Source of the DNA: a phage
Direction: 5' to 3' (one strand)
Assembly (NCBI GenBank): GCA_025823825.1
Contig: GCA_025823825.1_4720.1
DNA: 64,000 nucleotides
This document shows positions 1 to 9,552 of this stretch, in pieces. The position numbers were made by a program, and so were the translations under genes. A model generated the notes under the pieces. It searched no databases. It saw only the letters and a program-made list of their open reading frames with translations, and was not told the origin of the DNA. Numbering within the stretch: the stretch's first letter is position 1; each line of letters opens with the position of its first letter.

Positions 1-480
1 AGGAAAGCCATGCGGGTATGGTAGTCCAGCGGCATGTTATCGATACCGCGATACAGATAACGGTTTGCGTTAAATGCCCCTTCGCTGTTATCTTTCCAGA
101 TCTTCAGAATATCAGCAAAGGCGGTGCGGAAAACCTCAGGATTATCCACATCCAGTAACGCACGGAAAGCAGACATTAAAGACCGCTGATGACGGATCAA
201 CGACTGCGGCGTTTGCGGCATGGTCGGACCCATTTCTTCCGCATATTTCTGGAACGGAGCAACCAGGGTTGCGGCACGAGAAGCCACGATAGAAACAGCA
301 GGCGATTCTTTCACCGCCGGTTTCGCAGGCTTTTCTTCAACAACGGTTTCCTTCTTCTCAACAGCGACCGTTTCCGGCTGTGCTACAACATCACTAACCG
401 GAGCATCTGCAACGGTGGTTTCTACCGCAGTAATCTCCTCGTCCATTTTTGCAGAACGTTGGTCTTTATTCTTGCTCATG
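1..480 (-). CDS. hypothetical protein, partial (3' end beyond window start)
   Basis: ATG at 478-480 on minus strand opens a frame (MSKNKDQRSAKMDEEITAVE...) that runs off position 1 without a stop; absent from ORF track because no stop lies in the window. Confidence 0.4.
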
Positions 481-504
481 TTTATTTCCTTTCATTTAAC
501 AAGG

Positions 505-1806
505 TTAACTAATATAAAGTTCAGGATCGTAAGGCGCTAACGATACACTGGCGTTATGCATTGCTTTCATCATAGTGTTCATGAAAACGTTGTTTACACC
601 GGTGATCTCTGCCCCGATCGCGTCTGGGGTTGGAGCCATCGCGTTACCGCAACAGGTAGCACAGTATTCCAATGGGCCTGCTTTACAACGTTGAGGATCA
701 CGTAACTTGATGGTCTGTCCTTCCAAGGAAGCAAGTAATTCAGCATCAATAAGTTTAAGCGCTGCGCCGTCGATCATGTAACGGCCGACAAGCAGCTTAT
801 CTTTGATATGATCGCGGTTTACCGTGAACAGAATATGTTCGTGGGTACCACAGTCGTCCATCGTGATTTTAAGGTTCTGTGTCGCACGTTGTGATTCTTT
901 CGCCGTCTGTCCCGCTAAAGCGGTCAGTGCGCCACGTGAGAACGAACCTGCACGTGCACTGTTGTTGTACTCCGCCCAATGGTCGACACGCATCCCTTCA
1001 GCCAGGCTGTGTGTGATAACGTTACGTTTACCAGGGTCAACGAAGTCGGCTTCAACCCCCATCATGATGTGTGTTTTCTTTCGAGTATTACCGAAACTCT
1101 TGCCTGGGTTAATATAGAACCCTTCCGATTCATCACCCTTAAAGGATTCCTTATCCATTTTGGTTAGCGTAGCTTCGAGTTTGATCAGTTCTTCAGGCGT
1201 GAACTTACCTTCCTCTTGTAAGCGTGCTAACTCTTTATCGCGATAGGCAATAATATCATCATCGACCGTTAACGCTTTATCGCTCATCGATGGGACAATT
1301 AAACGGTTGATAGCGGTTAACGCACTAATATTGTTGGTGAATTTCTTCACTTCGCTTGCGTACAGCGGGCCAATAGGACGTTCGTTAGGATCGGGTATCC
1401 CCTCTTCGGGATCGTCCGCTACGCGTGGCGCAATCAGTGATTCCAGTGTACCGCTGGTCAACCGTCCTGCCTGATATTCAATCTGAATACCGAAAGCATC
1501 ATAAAGGACGTACATATTGAACAACGCTTCACCGAAGGTTGTGGTGGTCGTATTCTTAACCGACGGTAGATCACCAGGTGCGAGCTCCAATGGCTCCCAG
1601 AAACTCAACAAGGGTTTTGTTGGCTCGGTTTCCCATTGATGTTCTTCACCGTCGATGGTAACCGTAACGACGTTACCTTGACGATGTAATTTGGGCTGAT
1701 ACTTCTCAGCACCACCTTCCGTAAAAGCAAACGCGTCGTTAATCCATTCAAGATAACGGTAGTGCCCTTCACGCATCGCGTAAAGGAAATATTCACGAGG
1801 TGTCAT
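505..1806 (-). CDS. hypothetical protein (433 aa)
   Basis: Long minus-strand ORF, co-directional with neighbours; no motif recognised. Confidence 0.65.
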   Translation of the reverse strand: MTPREYFLYAMREGHYRYLEWINDAFAFTEGGAEKYQPKLHRQGNVVTVTIDGEEHQWETEPTKPLLSFWEPLELAPGDLPSVKNTTTTTFGEALFNMYVLYDAFGIQIEYQAGRLTSGTLESLIAPRVADDPEEGIPDPNERPIGPLYASEVKKFTNNISALTAINRLIVPSMSDKALTVDDDIIAYRDKELARLQEEGKFTPEELIKLEATLTKMDKESFKGDESEGFYINPGKSFGNTRKKTHIMMGVEADFVDPGKRNVITHSLAEGMRVDHWAEYNNSARAGSFSRGALTALAGQTAKESQRATQNLKITMDDCGTHEHILFTVNRDHIKDKLLVGRYMIDGAALKLIDAELLASLEGQTIKLRDPQRCKAGPLEYCATCCGNAMAPTPDAIGAEITGVNNVFMNTMMKAMHNASVSLAPYDPELYIS

Positions 1807-1819
1807 GTAACAACTCCTT

Positions 1820-2698
1820 TTAAACCTGGGTCAGGTCGCCGCGACGTGAAACGAACTCTGATAACGCTCGGGTTGCTTCTTTGGATTCTTCAGCCATCGG
1901 GAAGTTTGCGGTAATAAGTTCTCGTAAGACGGGAATAATTTCATTATCTTCGAGATCAGAAGCTAAAGCGAATGCAATCAGTTCTTGGGTGTATGCATAC
2001 GGTTGCTGGCGTAATGTAGCCAACTGATTCCGACACTGCGCCATCAGCAAGTCTAGTGGAACCGCTATTGTACCCCCTTCATCAATATATTGGCTGAACA
2101 CCGGTGGGAACGCATCGCCGATTACACGAATTCGTCGACGAATATGATCCGGAATCAGGACGTTTTCTTCATCGACGACGTTTTCGCTATCTTTCTCCAG
2201 CTTCTTGGTCAGTACCTCTTGAATACGTGGAAGTAAGCTTGAATGTACGAAACTGATTAACGGTGTTACGTTAACAGCATCAACGCCGTAAATATGATGC
2301 GCGCATTCCGCCAGCGCTTCAGCTGTGGTGTAGTCTTCATCTTCAACGATAGCGAGTAGAAAAGCGGTATCGTCGTGTGTTTCCAGGTCTAATAACGTAG
2401 ACGCCAGTGCATGAAGATATTTCAGGCTATCCAGAGTTAGCTGTCCTTCGTTAATTCGGATCCCGAAGGCAAGCAATTGTTGTTTATAAAGTTCGATACA
2501 TCCGTTTGTTAAAATGATATCTAATTCGTTTAAATCGTATTGTTCCCCAGCACCTGATAACATCGTACTGCAGAACGTTTCCAGTTGTTCGCATTTAAAA
2601 TCTTGGTATAAACGATGCATGCAGTGCTGTAACAGCGTACGCCTTGTTTCAGGGATCTTACCTTCTAACAAAGCCAAGACGGAATCAATCATATCCAC
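1820..2698 (-). CDS. hypothetical protein (292 aa)
   Basis: Minus-strand ORF 14 nt upstream of 505..1806; no motif recognised. Confidence 0.6.
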   Translation of the reverse strand: MDMIDSVLALLEGKIPETRRTLLQHCMHRLYQDFKCEQLETFCSTMLSGAGEQYDLNELDIILTNGCIELYKQQLLAFGIRINEGQLTLDSLKYLHALASTLLDLETHDDTAFLLAIVEDEDYTTAEALAECAHHIYGVDAVNVTPLISFVHSSLLPRIQEVLTKKLEKDSENVVDEENVLIPDHIRRRIRVIGDAFPPVFSQYIDEGGTIAVPLDLLMAQCRNQLATLRQQPYAYTQELIAFALASDLEDNEIIPVLRELITANFPMAEESKEATRALSEFVSRRGDLTQV

Positions 2699-2788
2699 TC
2701 CGATGCGGTAAATGTCTACTAGCTCTCATAATCTATTGAAGAAACTACCGGCTTACGCCAACTTAGATTAATCAGGAGTAACCATCCC

Positions 2789-3262
2789 ATGCCAGTTTCA
2801 TCCAAACCAAGAAAAAAATCAGTAGGAAAACCGAAAGCTCAGGAAACAACAGCAATTCGTTGGGACGAGTTACGTGAACCTATCGAAAACTGCGAATTGT
2901 TATTGGGCACCCTGGGTGCGGCTATTTACCAAGCGACGCAGCCCTGTCGTTTACGATTAACCCAAAACAAACGTGATGAGTTCGTTGCGTTATCAACAAG
3001 CACGAATAAAGATCTGACCGAACTTCAAACCGAGTTGACGACGATCAAGAACTCCATTACGCCGATGTACGGTAAAGAAGTCGATGAACAAAGTATTCTG
3101 TTACAGTACAACTACGGGATGTCGTTAATGAACATCCTGGAACGCGCATCCGATATTCTGCGTCCTGACGTTGCACGCCTGAGCCAACTGCGTGTTGAAG
3201 GGATGGAGAACCAGATCCGATTCGCTAACAGTGTTAAATCTCAAGGAGCCACCGAAGCATGA
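2789..3262 (+). CDS. hypothetical protein (157 aa), basic N-terminus
   Basis: ATG preceded by AGGAGT; stop TGA overlaps the ATG of the next gene (ATGA). Confidence 0.6.
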   Translation: MPVSSKPRKKSVGKPKAQETTAIRWDELREPIENCELLLGTLGAAIYQATQPCRLRLTQNKRDEFVALSTSTNKDLTELQTELTTIKNSITPMYGKEVDEQSILLQYNYGMSLMNILERASDILRPDVARLSQLRVEGMENQIRFANSVKSQGATEA

Positions 3263-4944
3263 GCGAACAAGAAAAAGAAGTCGTGACGAATCAGGAAGCC
3301 ACCGAACGTTCAGAGTCGTCCGTTGAAACTACGATTCCGGCAAGTTCCGAGCCGGTTGGTTCCGCACAGCAGGAAAGTAAAGACGAAGTCAGCACGACTA
3401 AAGAAGATGTAGTGGCTCCAGAAGCAACCCGTGAAGAAGAACCATCACATCCACCGCTAATCGATTTCTCGAAGGCGACGATACGTTTCCAATGCGAAGA
3501 CATTCGTCCTAAGAGCCCGAAGAAAACAAAACGCCAGCCGTTGGTGTTACCGTTATATTCTCCGCGTGTACAGACAACGTATTACCGGGAATACATCAAC
3601 GAAGCAATGGATACCGTACAAGCCATTGTCGCTCAACGCGGTAAACCGACAGACGAACAGTTTGATAAATTCAGTAAAGCGGTGGTGCAATCGGTTGCTG
3701 ATGGACAATATCATCCGCGTGGTCCAGCTCACGATCGTGCGTTGGAACGTAAGGGCAGTCAGTGGACTAACGTGCCCGTAGACTCATCGGGTGTTGGTCG
3801 CGTTATTCCTGGCATCCCGCAACCGAACCATATTCCTGATGATGTCGAAGCGCCGCTGACAGGAACCGATGCGATCTATTTTGCCATCCGTAATACGAAA
3901 TCAGGTGCGCCTGCGGTAATGCCGTTATGGCATAGCGGTATTAAGCTGCAGTTTAATCCGCCGTCAAATGAACGTGTTGCAATTATGCACGAACGTATTG
4001 CTCGCGATAAAATCCTGGGTGGACGTGATAGTACCGGCTTCCTGTTTTCGGCAACCTCGATTATCACCATGAAGCACGCAATCGAATTAGCATTAGAATG
4101 CTGCTACATGGCCAACGTACCTAACCTGGATATACAGCGTTTGAAAGACATTATTCCGGTTACCGATGTTCCAGCGTTATTGTTGAACGTGTTGGTAACC
4201 ATGTATCCGTACGGATATCCTTACGTACAGACCTGCTATCAGAATCCAGAAACCTGCGACTATCGTGTCGAAGATACCGTAAGCTTTGCGAAACTCTATC
4301 AAGTTGACAACAGCGCAATAACCAAACGTATGCGACAGATCATGACCGAAGGTCCGGTCATGACAGATGAACTTTTGCGTGAGTATGCAAACGAACTGGG
4401 TGAAACAAACTCCCGTACGCTGGATCTGTCCGACAACGGTTCTGTTATCATTGAGCTTGAAGTACCGAAGATCTCACGACAAATCGCCATGGGCGAACGC
4501 TGGTTAAGCGATACCCTGGAAGATCTGCGTGATATTCTATCGCGTCCGTCAATGACCGAAGAAGAGCGTGATCGTGTTATTCGTGAACGTCAGTTCTATA
4601 GCTGGATGCGTCAGTATGATGCGTGGATCAAATCGATGCACGTGTCAGTAAACGGTACCATGCGTCGTGTAAGCGATGCGGATACAGCAACGGTATTAGC
4701 GCAGCTGTCTCGTGATAGCGATCTTCGTGAACGCTATATCGATGGGTTGATGCAATTCATCGGTGATTCGACGATTGCGCTTGCAGCAATGCCTGCCTGG
4801 AAATGTCCGAAATGTAATGCCGATATTGCTGACAATCTGCGTGACCAGAAATACTACGATCTGATTGCTTTGGATGTACCCCAGCTTTTTTTTACCCTAA
4901 ACTCCGTCCAATCTCTTCAGGAGGGGATGGACGCGGTATTCTAA
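3259..4944 (+). CDS. hypothetical protein (561 aa) with acidic, Ser/Thr/Glu-rich N-terminal ~70 aa
   Basis: ATG 3259 preceded by AAGGAG and coupled to upstream stop; T8 run near the 3' end, see findings. Confidence 0.7.
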   Translation: MSEQEKEVVTNQEATERSESSVETTIPASSEPVGSAQQESKDEVSTTKEDVVAPEATREEEPSHPPLIDFSKATIRFQCEDIRPKSPKKTKRQPLVLPLYSPRVQTTYYREYINEAMDTVQAIVAQRGKPTDEQFDKFSKAVVQSVADGQYHPRGPAHDRALERKGSQWTNVPVDSSGVGRVIPGIPQPNHIPDDVEAPLTGTDAIYFAIRNTKSGAPAVMPLWHSGIKLQFNPPSNERVAIMHERIARDKILGGRDSTGFLFSATSIITMKHAIELALECCYMANVPNLDIQRLKDIIPVTDVPALLLNVLVTMYPYGYPYVQTCYQNPETCDYRVEDTVSFAKLYQVDNSAITKRMRQIMTEGPVMTDELLREYANELGETNSRTLDLSDNGSVIIELEVPKISRQIAMGERWLSDTLEDLRDILSRPSMTEEERDRVIRERQFYSWMRQYDAWIKSMHVSVNGTMRRVSDADTATVLAQLSRDSDLRERYIDGLMQFIGDSTIALAAMPAWKCPKCNADIADNLRDQKYYDLIALDVPQLFFTLNSVQSLQEGMDAVF

Positions 4945-5366
4945 TCGATCCGCGATACGGGTTACATGACGGACAACTTGTTCGTAATGATGAAAAAATC
5001 TGGGAATTGCTGTTAGCGCGTAAAGGCGATGGTGGCATGAAACTGAACATCGAAATGGGTATTGCGTACGATACCATGTTTGGCTTGTACGATCGTGTTA
5101 ACGACTGGACGCCGTTGAAATGGGTTGCTCAGCACCCCGCTGAAGATCCCTGGGACAGATTAGGGATTAAGCCCTTAATCGAGGATTATGTTCGATTCGG
5201 TATTAAAGAGTTCATGACGTTGGATGCGTTTTTACAAGCACCGTATCCTTACGCGCAAACGGTACTCAAAATCGCACAAGACGAACTGCGGAAACGTAGT
5301 GCGGTACTGGACGACGATGAGGACAAGTTACGACGAGAAGAAGAACGTTTACGAAACGGAAAATAA
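4845..5366 (+). CDS. downstream frame reachable by -1 frameshift from 3259..4944 (or an independent ~110-aa ORF from ATG 5037)
   Basis: Frame is stop-free from 4845; ORF track starts it at a TTG (5007); first ATG is 5037. Confidence 0.35.
   Translation, partial: PEILRSDCFGCTPAFFYPKLRPISSGGDGRGILIDPRYGLHDGQLVRNDEKIWELLLARKGDGGMKLNIEMGIAYDTMFGLYDRVNDWTPLKWVAQHPAEDPWDRLGIKPLIEDYVRFGIKEFMTLDAFLQAPYPYAQTVLKIAQDELRKRSAVLDDDEDKLRREEERLRNGK
4886..4893 (+). other. T8 homopolymer / candidate -1 slippery site (T_TTT_TTT in the zero frame)
   Basis: Eight T at 4886-4893 inside the overlap between the 3259..4944 frame and the -1 frame open from 4845 to 5366. Confidence 0.5.
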
Positions 5367-5367
5367 A

Positions 5368-5877
5368 ATGGCGAGATTTACCAGTTTGATTGGGTTGGAT
5401 ATTTGGGAAACACCGGCTGACGTTCGGGTTATTCCTGTCAACACCGTCGGTGTGATGGGACGCGGTCTTGCCAAACAGGCAGCCGATCGCGTCCCCGGTC
5501 TTCTTGAAGCGTACCGTAAGCAATGTCAAGATGGGTTTAAGGTGGGCGAAGTCGTATCGTATCAACACGGCGATAACGATCAACTCACCTACGTGTTGTT
5601 TCCATCAAAATCGGATTGGCGTGAAAGAACACGACGCGAGTATATCGTTAACGGATTACTGGCGTTAAAAGCGTGGTTATTGGAGCTTCAGTTCGAAAGA
5701 GACGGCTTCTCATACCAGCGTCCGGCTGAACCGCTGATTGTCGCAATTCCTCCGGTTGGTTCTGGTTGCGGTAATATCGGTTATGGACAATCTGAAACAA
5801 TCCAGCCTCAATGGGTACGCGCACAAATCAAACAGTATCTTGCCACCGTACCGAACGTTCATTTCTACTTGTTCTAA
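5368..5877 (+). CDS. macro-like domain protein (putative ADP-ribose binding/processing)
   Basis: Real start ATG 5368 (MARFTSLIGLDIW...); motifs VIPVNTVGVMGRGLA and IVAIPPVGSGCGNIGY resemble macro-domain Gly-rich loops. Confidence 0.5.
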   Translation: MARFTSLIGLDIWETPADVRVIPVNTVGVMGRGLAKQAADRVPGLLEAYRKQCQDGFKVGEVVSYQHGDNDQLTYVLFPSKSDWRERTRREYIVNGLLALKAWLLELQFERDGFSYQRPAEPLIVAIPPVGSGCGNIGYGQSETIQPQWVRAQIKQYLATVPNVHFYLF

Positions 5878-5942
5878 CGCAAAGGTAACATAACCCTCCT
5901 CCTTCCCTCACGGGTTGGAGGAGGGCTTATGCTGTTATGCTA

Positions 5943-6317
5943 TTAATGTTCGTTCCAGATGGCATCTTCCGGTGGAACAATAGGATCTTTCTTCGGCATT
6001 GATGGCACTTCATGACGATGCTTACGGAACTGCCTATCAATAACCTCACGAAGCCGGTACGCGTCAACCCAGGTTGATTTATTGAACAGCTCCAACGTCA
6101 CAGTTAATCGTGTTCTTGACATTGAATAGCTTTTCTTCGCAATCAAATTGGGATAATTCAGTTGAGCGAACCACGCACGTATTTGTGCTTCGGTAAAAGC
6201 GATGCTGTAATAACTAAGTTTACCGTCATTAAAATCGTGCGCGTGGGTGTAACGTCCAGCGTAACGCCAGACAAGATGCACATTCAGATCGATCCATGGT
6301 GGGGTGGTATCAGCCAT
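5943..6317 (-). CDS. hypothetical protein (124 aa)
   Basis: Minus-strand ORF convergent with 5368..5877; no motif recognised. Confidence 0.5.
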   Translation of the reverse strand: MADTTPPWIDLNVHLVWRYAGRYTHAHDFNDGKLSYYSIAFTEAQIRAWFAQLNYPNLIAKKSYSMSRTRLTVTLELFNKSTWVDAYRLREVIDRQFRKHRHEVPSMPKKDPIVPPEDAIWNEH

Positions 6318-6326
6318 GTGTTACCC

Positions 6327-6896
6327 TCAACGATTCTTCATCACTTTACCCAGGCTTTCGATATTATCCCAAAAGCGATTTTTACTTGGCGCATCGCCGA
6401 CGATAACCGACATCAAATCGCGACGTTCACGACTGATGATGCCCTGTGATTTCCAGATCACCATCGTCCAGCAAGCAGCCAGAACGAACAGATGATTAAT
6501 ACTCGGTTTGGTTTGCGCGATGAACGCGAGCCATGCCCAGATACCGGTATATACTATCGTCACTAAAAAGAGCGAGATTGTTGCAACGACAACAACGAAG
6601 TTTTGGACAGCGGGTTGATTCGCGTTATCATGAATAGCGGTAAGATCAGGAAGGTTACCTTCAACTGAACTCGTTTCATCGATTTCCAATTCTTCGATTT
6701 CTTTTCGTGTGTCGGGAGCTAATCCGGCATCATCAAGATGCTTTTTTAACCGCTGTATACTTAATCGTTGACCGATAGGAATGTTGATGTTGTCGTAACT
6801 ATTAAGCGCATCAACCAGGGAGCGCCCGTCAACGAGAACCAAGCTCGCAGTACCCATTGTCTGCGGTTTTATTTTGTAAAGGTCTTTTACTTTCAT
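6327..6896 (-). CDS. membrane protein (C-terminal hydrophobic segments)
   Basis: Hydrophobic stretches VVVVATISLFLVTIVYTGIWAWLAFI and LFVLAACWTMVIW. Confidence 0.5.
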   Translation of the reverse strand: MKVKDLYKIKPQTMGTASLVLVDGRSLVDALNSYDNINIPIGQRLSIQRLKKHLDDAGLAPDTRKEIEELEIDETSSVEGNLPDLTAIHDNANQPAVQNFVVVVATISLFLVTIVYTGIWAWLAFIAQTKPSINHLFVLAACWTMVIWKSQGIISRERRDLMSVIVGDAPSKNRFWDNIESLGKVMKNR

Positions 6897-6917
6897 GTAG
6901 ACACCACCTCCAACGTG

Positions 6918-9530
6918 TTAAGCGTCTGGTGTAAAATCAAAAGGAATGTCCGTACGAATGATATCATAACGTTTTCCTAGGAAATAAAACTCTTCGGGAA
7001 CCTGGCCGGGAATAATGCTATCGCCGATGAACTGCGGATACGCCCAGATGTACTGAGTGAGTCCTTCGAACTTATCCAGGTTATTTGCGTGGTTACCCAT
7101 GATACGTTTCCAGAGTTCGCGTTTATACGGTGTTTTAACATCGAATCCATAAAGCGGTGCAAGATCTTCACCAGGAACAAATCCCAGGTAATAATGGATC
7201 TGACTAACCGGGAAACCAAGCGTATCTCGCGGAATGGTGATCGCTTGCTCAGCCTTGGTGACATGCGTTTCAATAATCCAGTCGTAGCACTCCGAATAGA
7301 ACCGATCGAATTTCTCTGGGTTATACCACGCTTTGGGAAGATTCAGTTTCTCCGTGAACGCGTTCGACATGATCGTCGGCAAGAACGGAAGAACGCCGGT
7401 TTTGATCTGCGTGTATTTCGATTTTACCCGGTTAACCAAATTCCAGCAACTGTATCCTAATTGGTCGTTACAAAACTCAACGTAGAGATCGTAGTCACCA
7501 CCGGATAACGGGTTGTTAATATCACCGATGTCTGCGGCGTATTTGTTGGGATATCGGTTATTGAAAGCCAGTTTGGTTTGGTAATCGTAGATACACGGTT
7601 TGTTGTTCGCTGTATTGATCCACCACCAGGGTTCACCTATTTGCACACAAATGTCCTGGACATGGGGGTAGATGATATCAGCAAACGCGGTTAACACGTC
7701 CCCTAACCACGCCATCGCCTGTTGGTTACATGGAGACAGCAACCAGGACGGTGGTGTATATCCGGTTGCGGCGATGTTTCCTTCCCAATCCTGCTGCGCC
7801 CACTCGAACGGGCATGCTGTACTCATCAATTCGTAACTTAAACTGATGGTGACAGAGAAATGGTGTTTTGCAGCATATGCGGCGAAAGCTTCATGCCACG
7901 CGATACAGGGTGGATTTAATACATCCGTGGTGTTCACCAGTAACTTACCCGCACTTGGCGTCCAGACAGTATCGTAGAAATGCGACATTCCAACATAATG
8001 CACTAATTCATCTTGATACCCCGCATAAACCAGGTTTTCAAATACGCGCTCCGGCGTGATGTTGTAATGGTCATCGTAAGCGGTTATCGCACGAAGTTCG
8101 TGTGGTGTACAATGATGGCGATTAACCGTCATTTCTTGATACACCCCATCGATAGGAAGAATCTCGAGGGTTAAACCGAGGTCGATTGGCGTTTCCAGAT
8201 AGGTCGTTTCAGTCGCATCTTCCTTATAATGTCGAGAACTCATGCTGAACATCAACGACGTTACCGATTCGAGTTCGATAGGCTCGTCAGCATAGAACCC
8301 CGCCATTGCGTCATTGAAATCGATCGTTACGATTGCGCTTCTACCGTCTTCAGAGACATCGGTGGCGTATCGGGTTAATGAGATATACTGACGGCTATCG
8401 TCTTTGTGTACGATGGTTAGAACCGGCGGGTTTTCGGTATCTGCAAAGTTACGCTGATCGCCAGTAAACGTGATCTTCGCTTTAAAGATCAAACCGAATA
8501 ACGACGTCATGGGATCATACGCAATACAACCGTGATCCAGCGTATCCGTTGTCCGCCATTCTATCCCGACCAACCCGTTAGCGGTATGGCATCGCATATA
8601 CGCATTAAGGACCATGTCTTCACTGACAACCGCGAAGTTCTCTGTTGACTGACCGTTGATAATCCAATACATCGGTTGCCAGAGGTTACGCGTACCTTTT
8701 GCGTAGCGGTAGGTTGGTGCGCCTTTAGGGTTGCCATTATTGAGATGGAATACGGCAGTACCTTGATAATGGTCGTTCGTATTAATCGGAACACTGTAAG
8801 CATCACCGAGATCCGTACGTTCGACCTTCGTGACTGTTGCGTTTTCAAATAACCCACGTAGCGCCGGTAAACCGATATCTTCAGGCGCGTTTTCTCGACG
8901 AATCGCATCCGCGATGCGGTGGGCTAAGGCAGGGTAAATGACCTCACCCTGCTGTAGGTTTGCAAGACCTACAAAGCGATCGGGGTCGATGCTAGCAATC
9001 AATAACTCGACATCACCCTTCGTTCTATCGTCGTTAAGATATTTCAGTCCGGTAAGGTCAAGATGCTGAATAAGCGACAACAGGTTGTATTTACGGTTTT
9101 CAACAGTTAGTACAAGATCGCCTGCCCAAACCAAACTTCCCTCATCCGCTGTTACTTTAACGGATTGTCGGCCTGTGGTAGACGTTGTTGTCGTTTTATT
9201 TAATTGTCCTTGTAGGAAGTCGGTTGCGAGGTCAAAGGCAATGCCGTAACGGTCAGCGACCGCTTGCATGATTTCACGTAACTGGGTATCTTCTTCAATG
9301 ATAATCTTGACAGGTATTCCCAAGAACGCTTTAGCGAGGTCTCGTTTAACCAACGAGACGAATACGGATTTGTAGTATCGACTTCCATCTTTCCCTTTAA
9401 AAAGAATGGAGGTTGTTTCGGGTGCCGATAGAACACGTGCAAATTCAACATCGTCGAAAGTAAGAGAAAGTCCGTTTTTCTCGTTGGTTAATCTTAGTAT
9501 TTCATTTTGCGCGGTTTCATGTAACTTCAT
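6918..9530 (-). CDS. tail fibre/tailspike-like protein (870 aa) with shared N-terminal module
   Basis: N-terminal ~170 aa paralogous to 15425..15952, 16108..17862 and 55648..57102; GAGG 8 nt upstream of ATG. Confidence 0.6.
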   Translation of the reverse strand: MKLHETAQNEILRLTNEKNGLSLTFDDVEFARVLSAPETTSILFKGKDGSRYYKSVFVSLVKRDLAKAFLGIPVKIIIEEDTQLREIMQAVADRYGIAFDLATDFLQGQLNKTTTTSTTGRQSVKVTADEGSLVWAGDLVLTVENRKYNLLSLIQHLDLTGLKYLNDDRTKGDVELLIASIDPDRFVGLANLQQGEVIYPALAHRIADAIRRENAPEDIGLPALRGLFENATVTKVERTDLGDAYSVPINTNDHYQGTAVFHLNNGNPKGAPTYRYAKGTRNLWQPMYWIINGQSTENFAVVSEDMVLNAYMRCHTANGLVGIEWRTTDTLDHGCIAYDPMTSLFGLIFKAKITFTGDQRNFADTENPPVLTIVHKDDSRQYISLTRYATDVSEDGRSAIVTIDFNDAMAGFYADEPIELESVTSLMFSMSSRHYKEDATETTYLETPIDLGLTLEILPIDGVYQEMTVNRHHCTPHELRAITAYDDHYNITPERVFENLVYAGYQDELVHYVGMSHFYDTVWTPSAGKLLVNTTDVLNPPCIAWHEAFAAYAAKHHFSVTISLSYELMSTACPFEWAQQDWEGNIAATGYTPPSWLLSPCNQQAMAWLGDVLTAFADIIYPHVQDICVQIGEPWWWINTANNKPCIYDYQTKLAFNNRYPNKYAADIGDINNPLSGGDYDLYVEFCNDQLGYSCWNLVNRVKSKYTQIKTGVLPFLPTIMSNAFTEKLNLPKAWYNPEKFDRFYSECYDWIIETHVTKAEQAITIPRDTLGFPVSQIHYYLGFVPGEDLAPLYGFDVKTPYKRELWKRIMGNHANNLDKFEGLTQYIWAYPQFIGDSIIPGQVPEEFYFLGKRYDIIRTDIPFDFTPDA

Positions 9531-9552
9531 TAAAAACCTCAGCCCTTTAGAA

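Noticed and set aside
189-540. Plus-strand ORFs 189..512 and 220..540 from the ORF track
   Set aside because: They lie antisense to the partial minus-strand CDS (1..480), which has a proper ATG and runs with its neighbours; the plus ORFs are low-complexity shadow frames.
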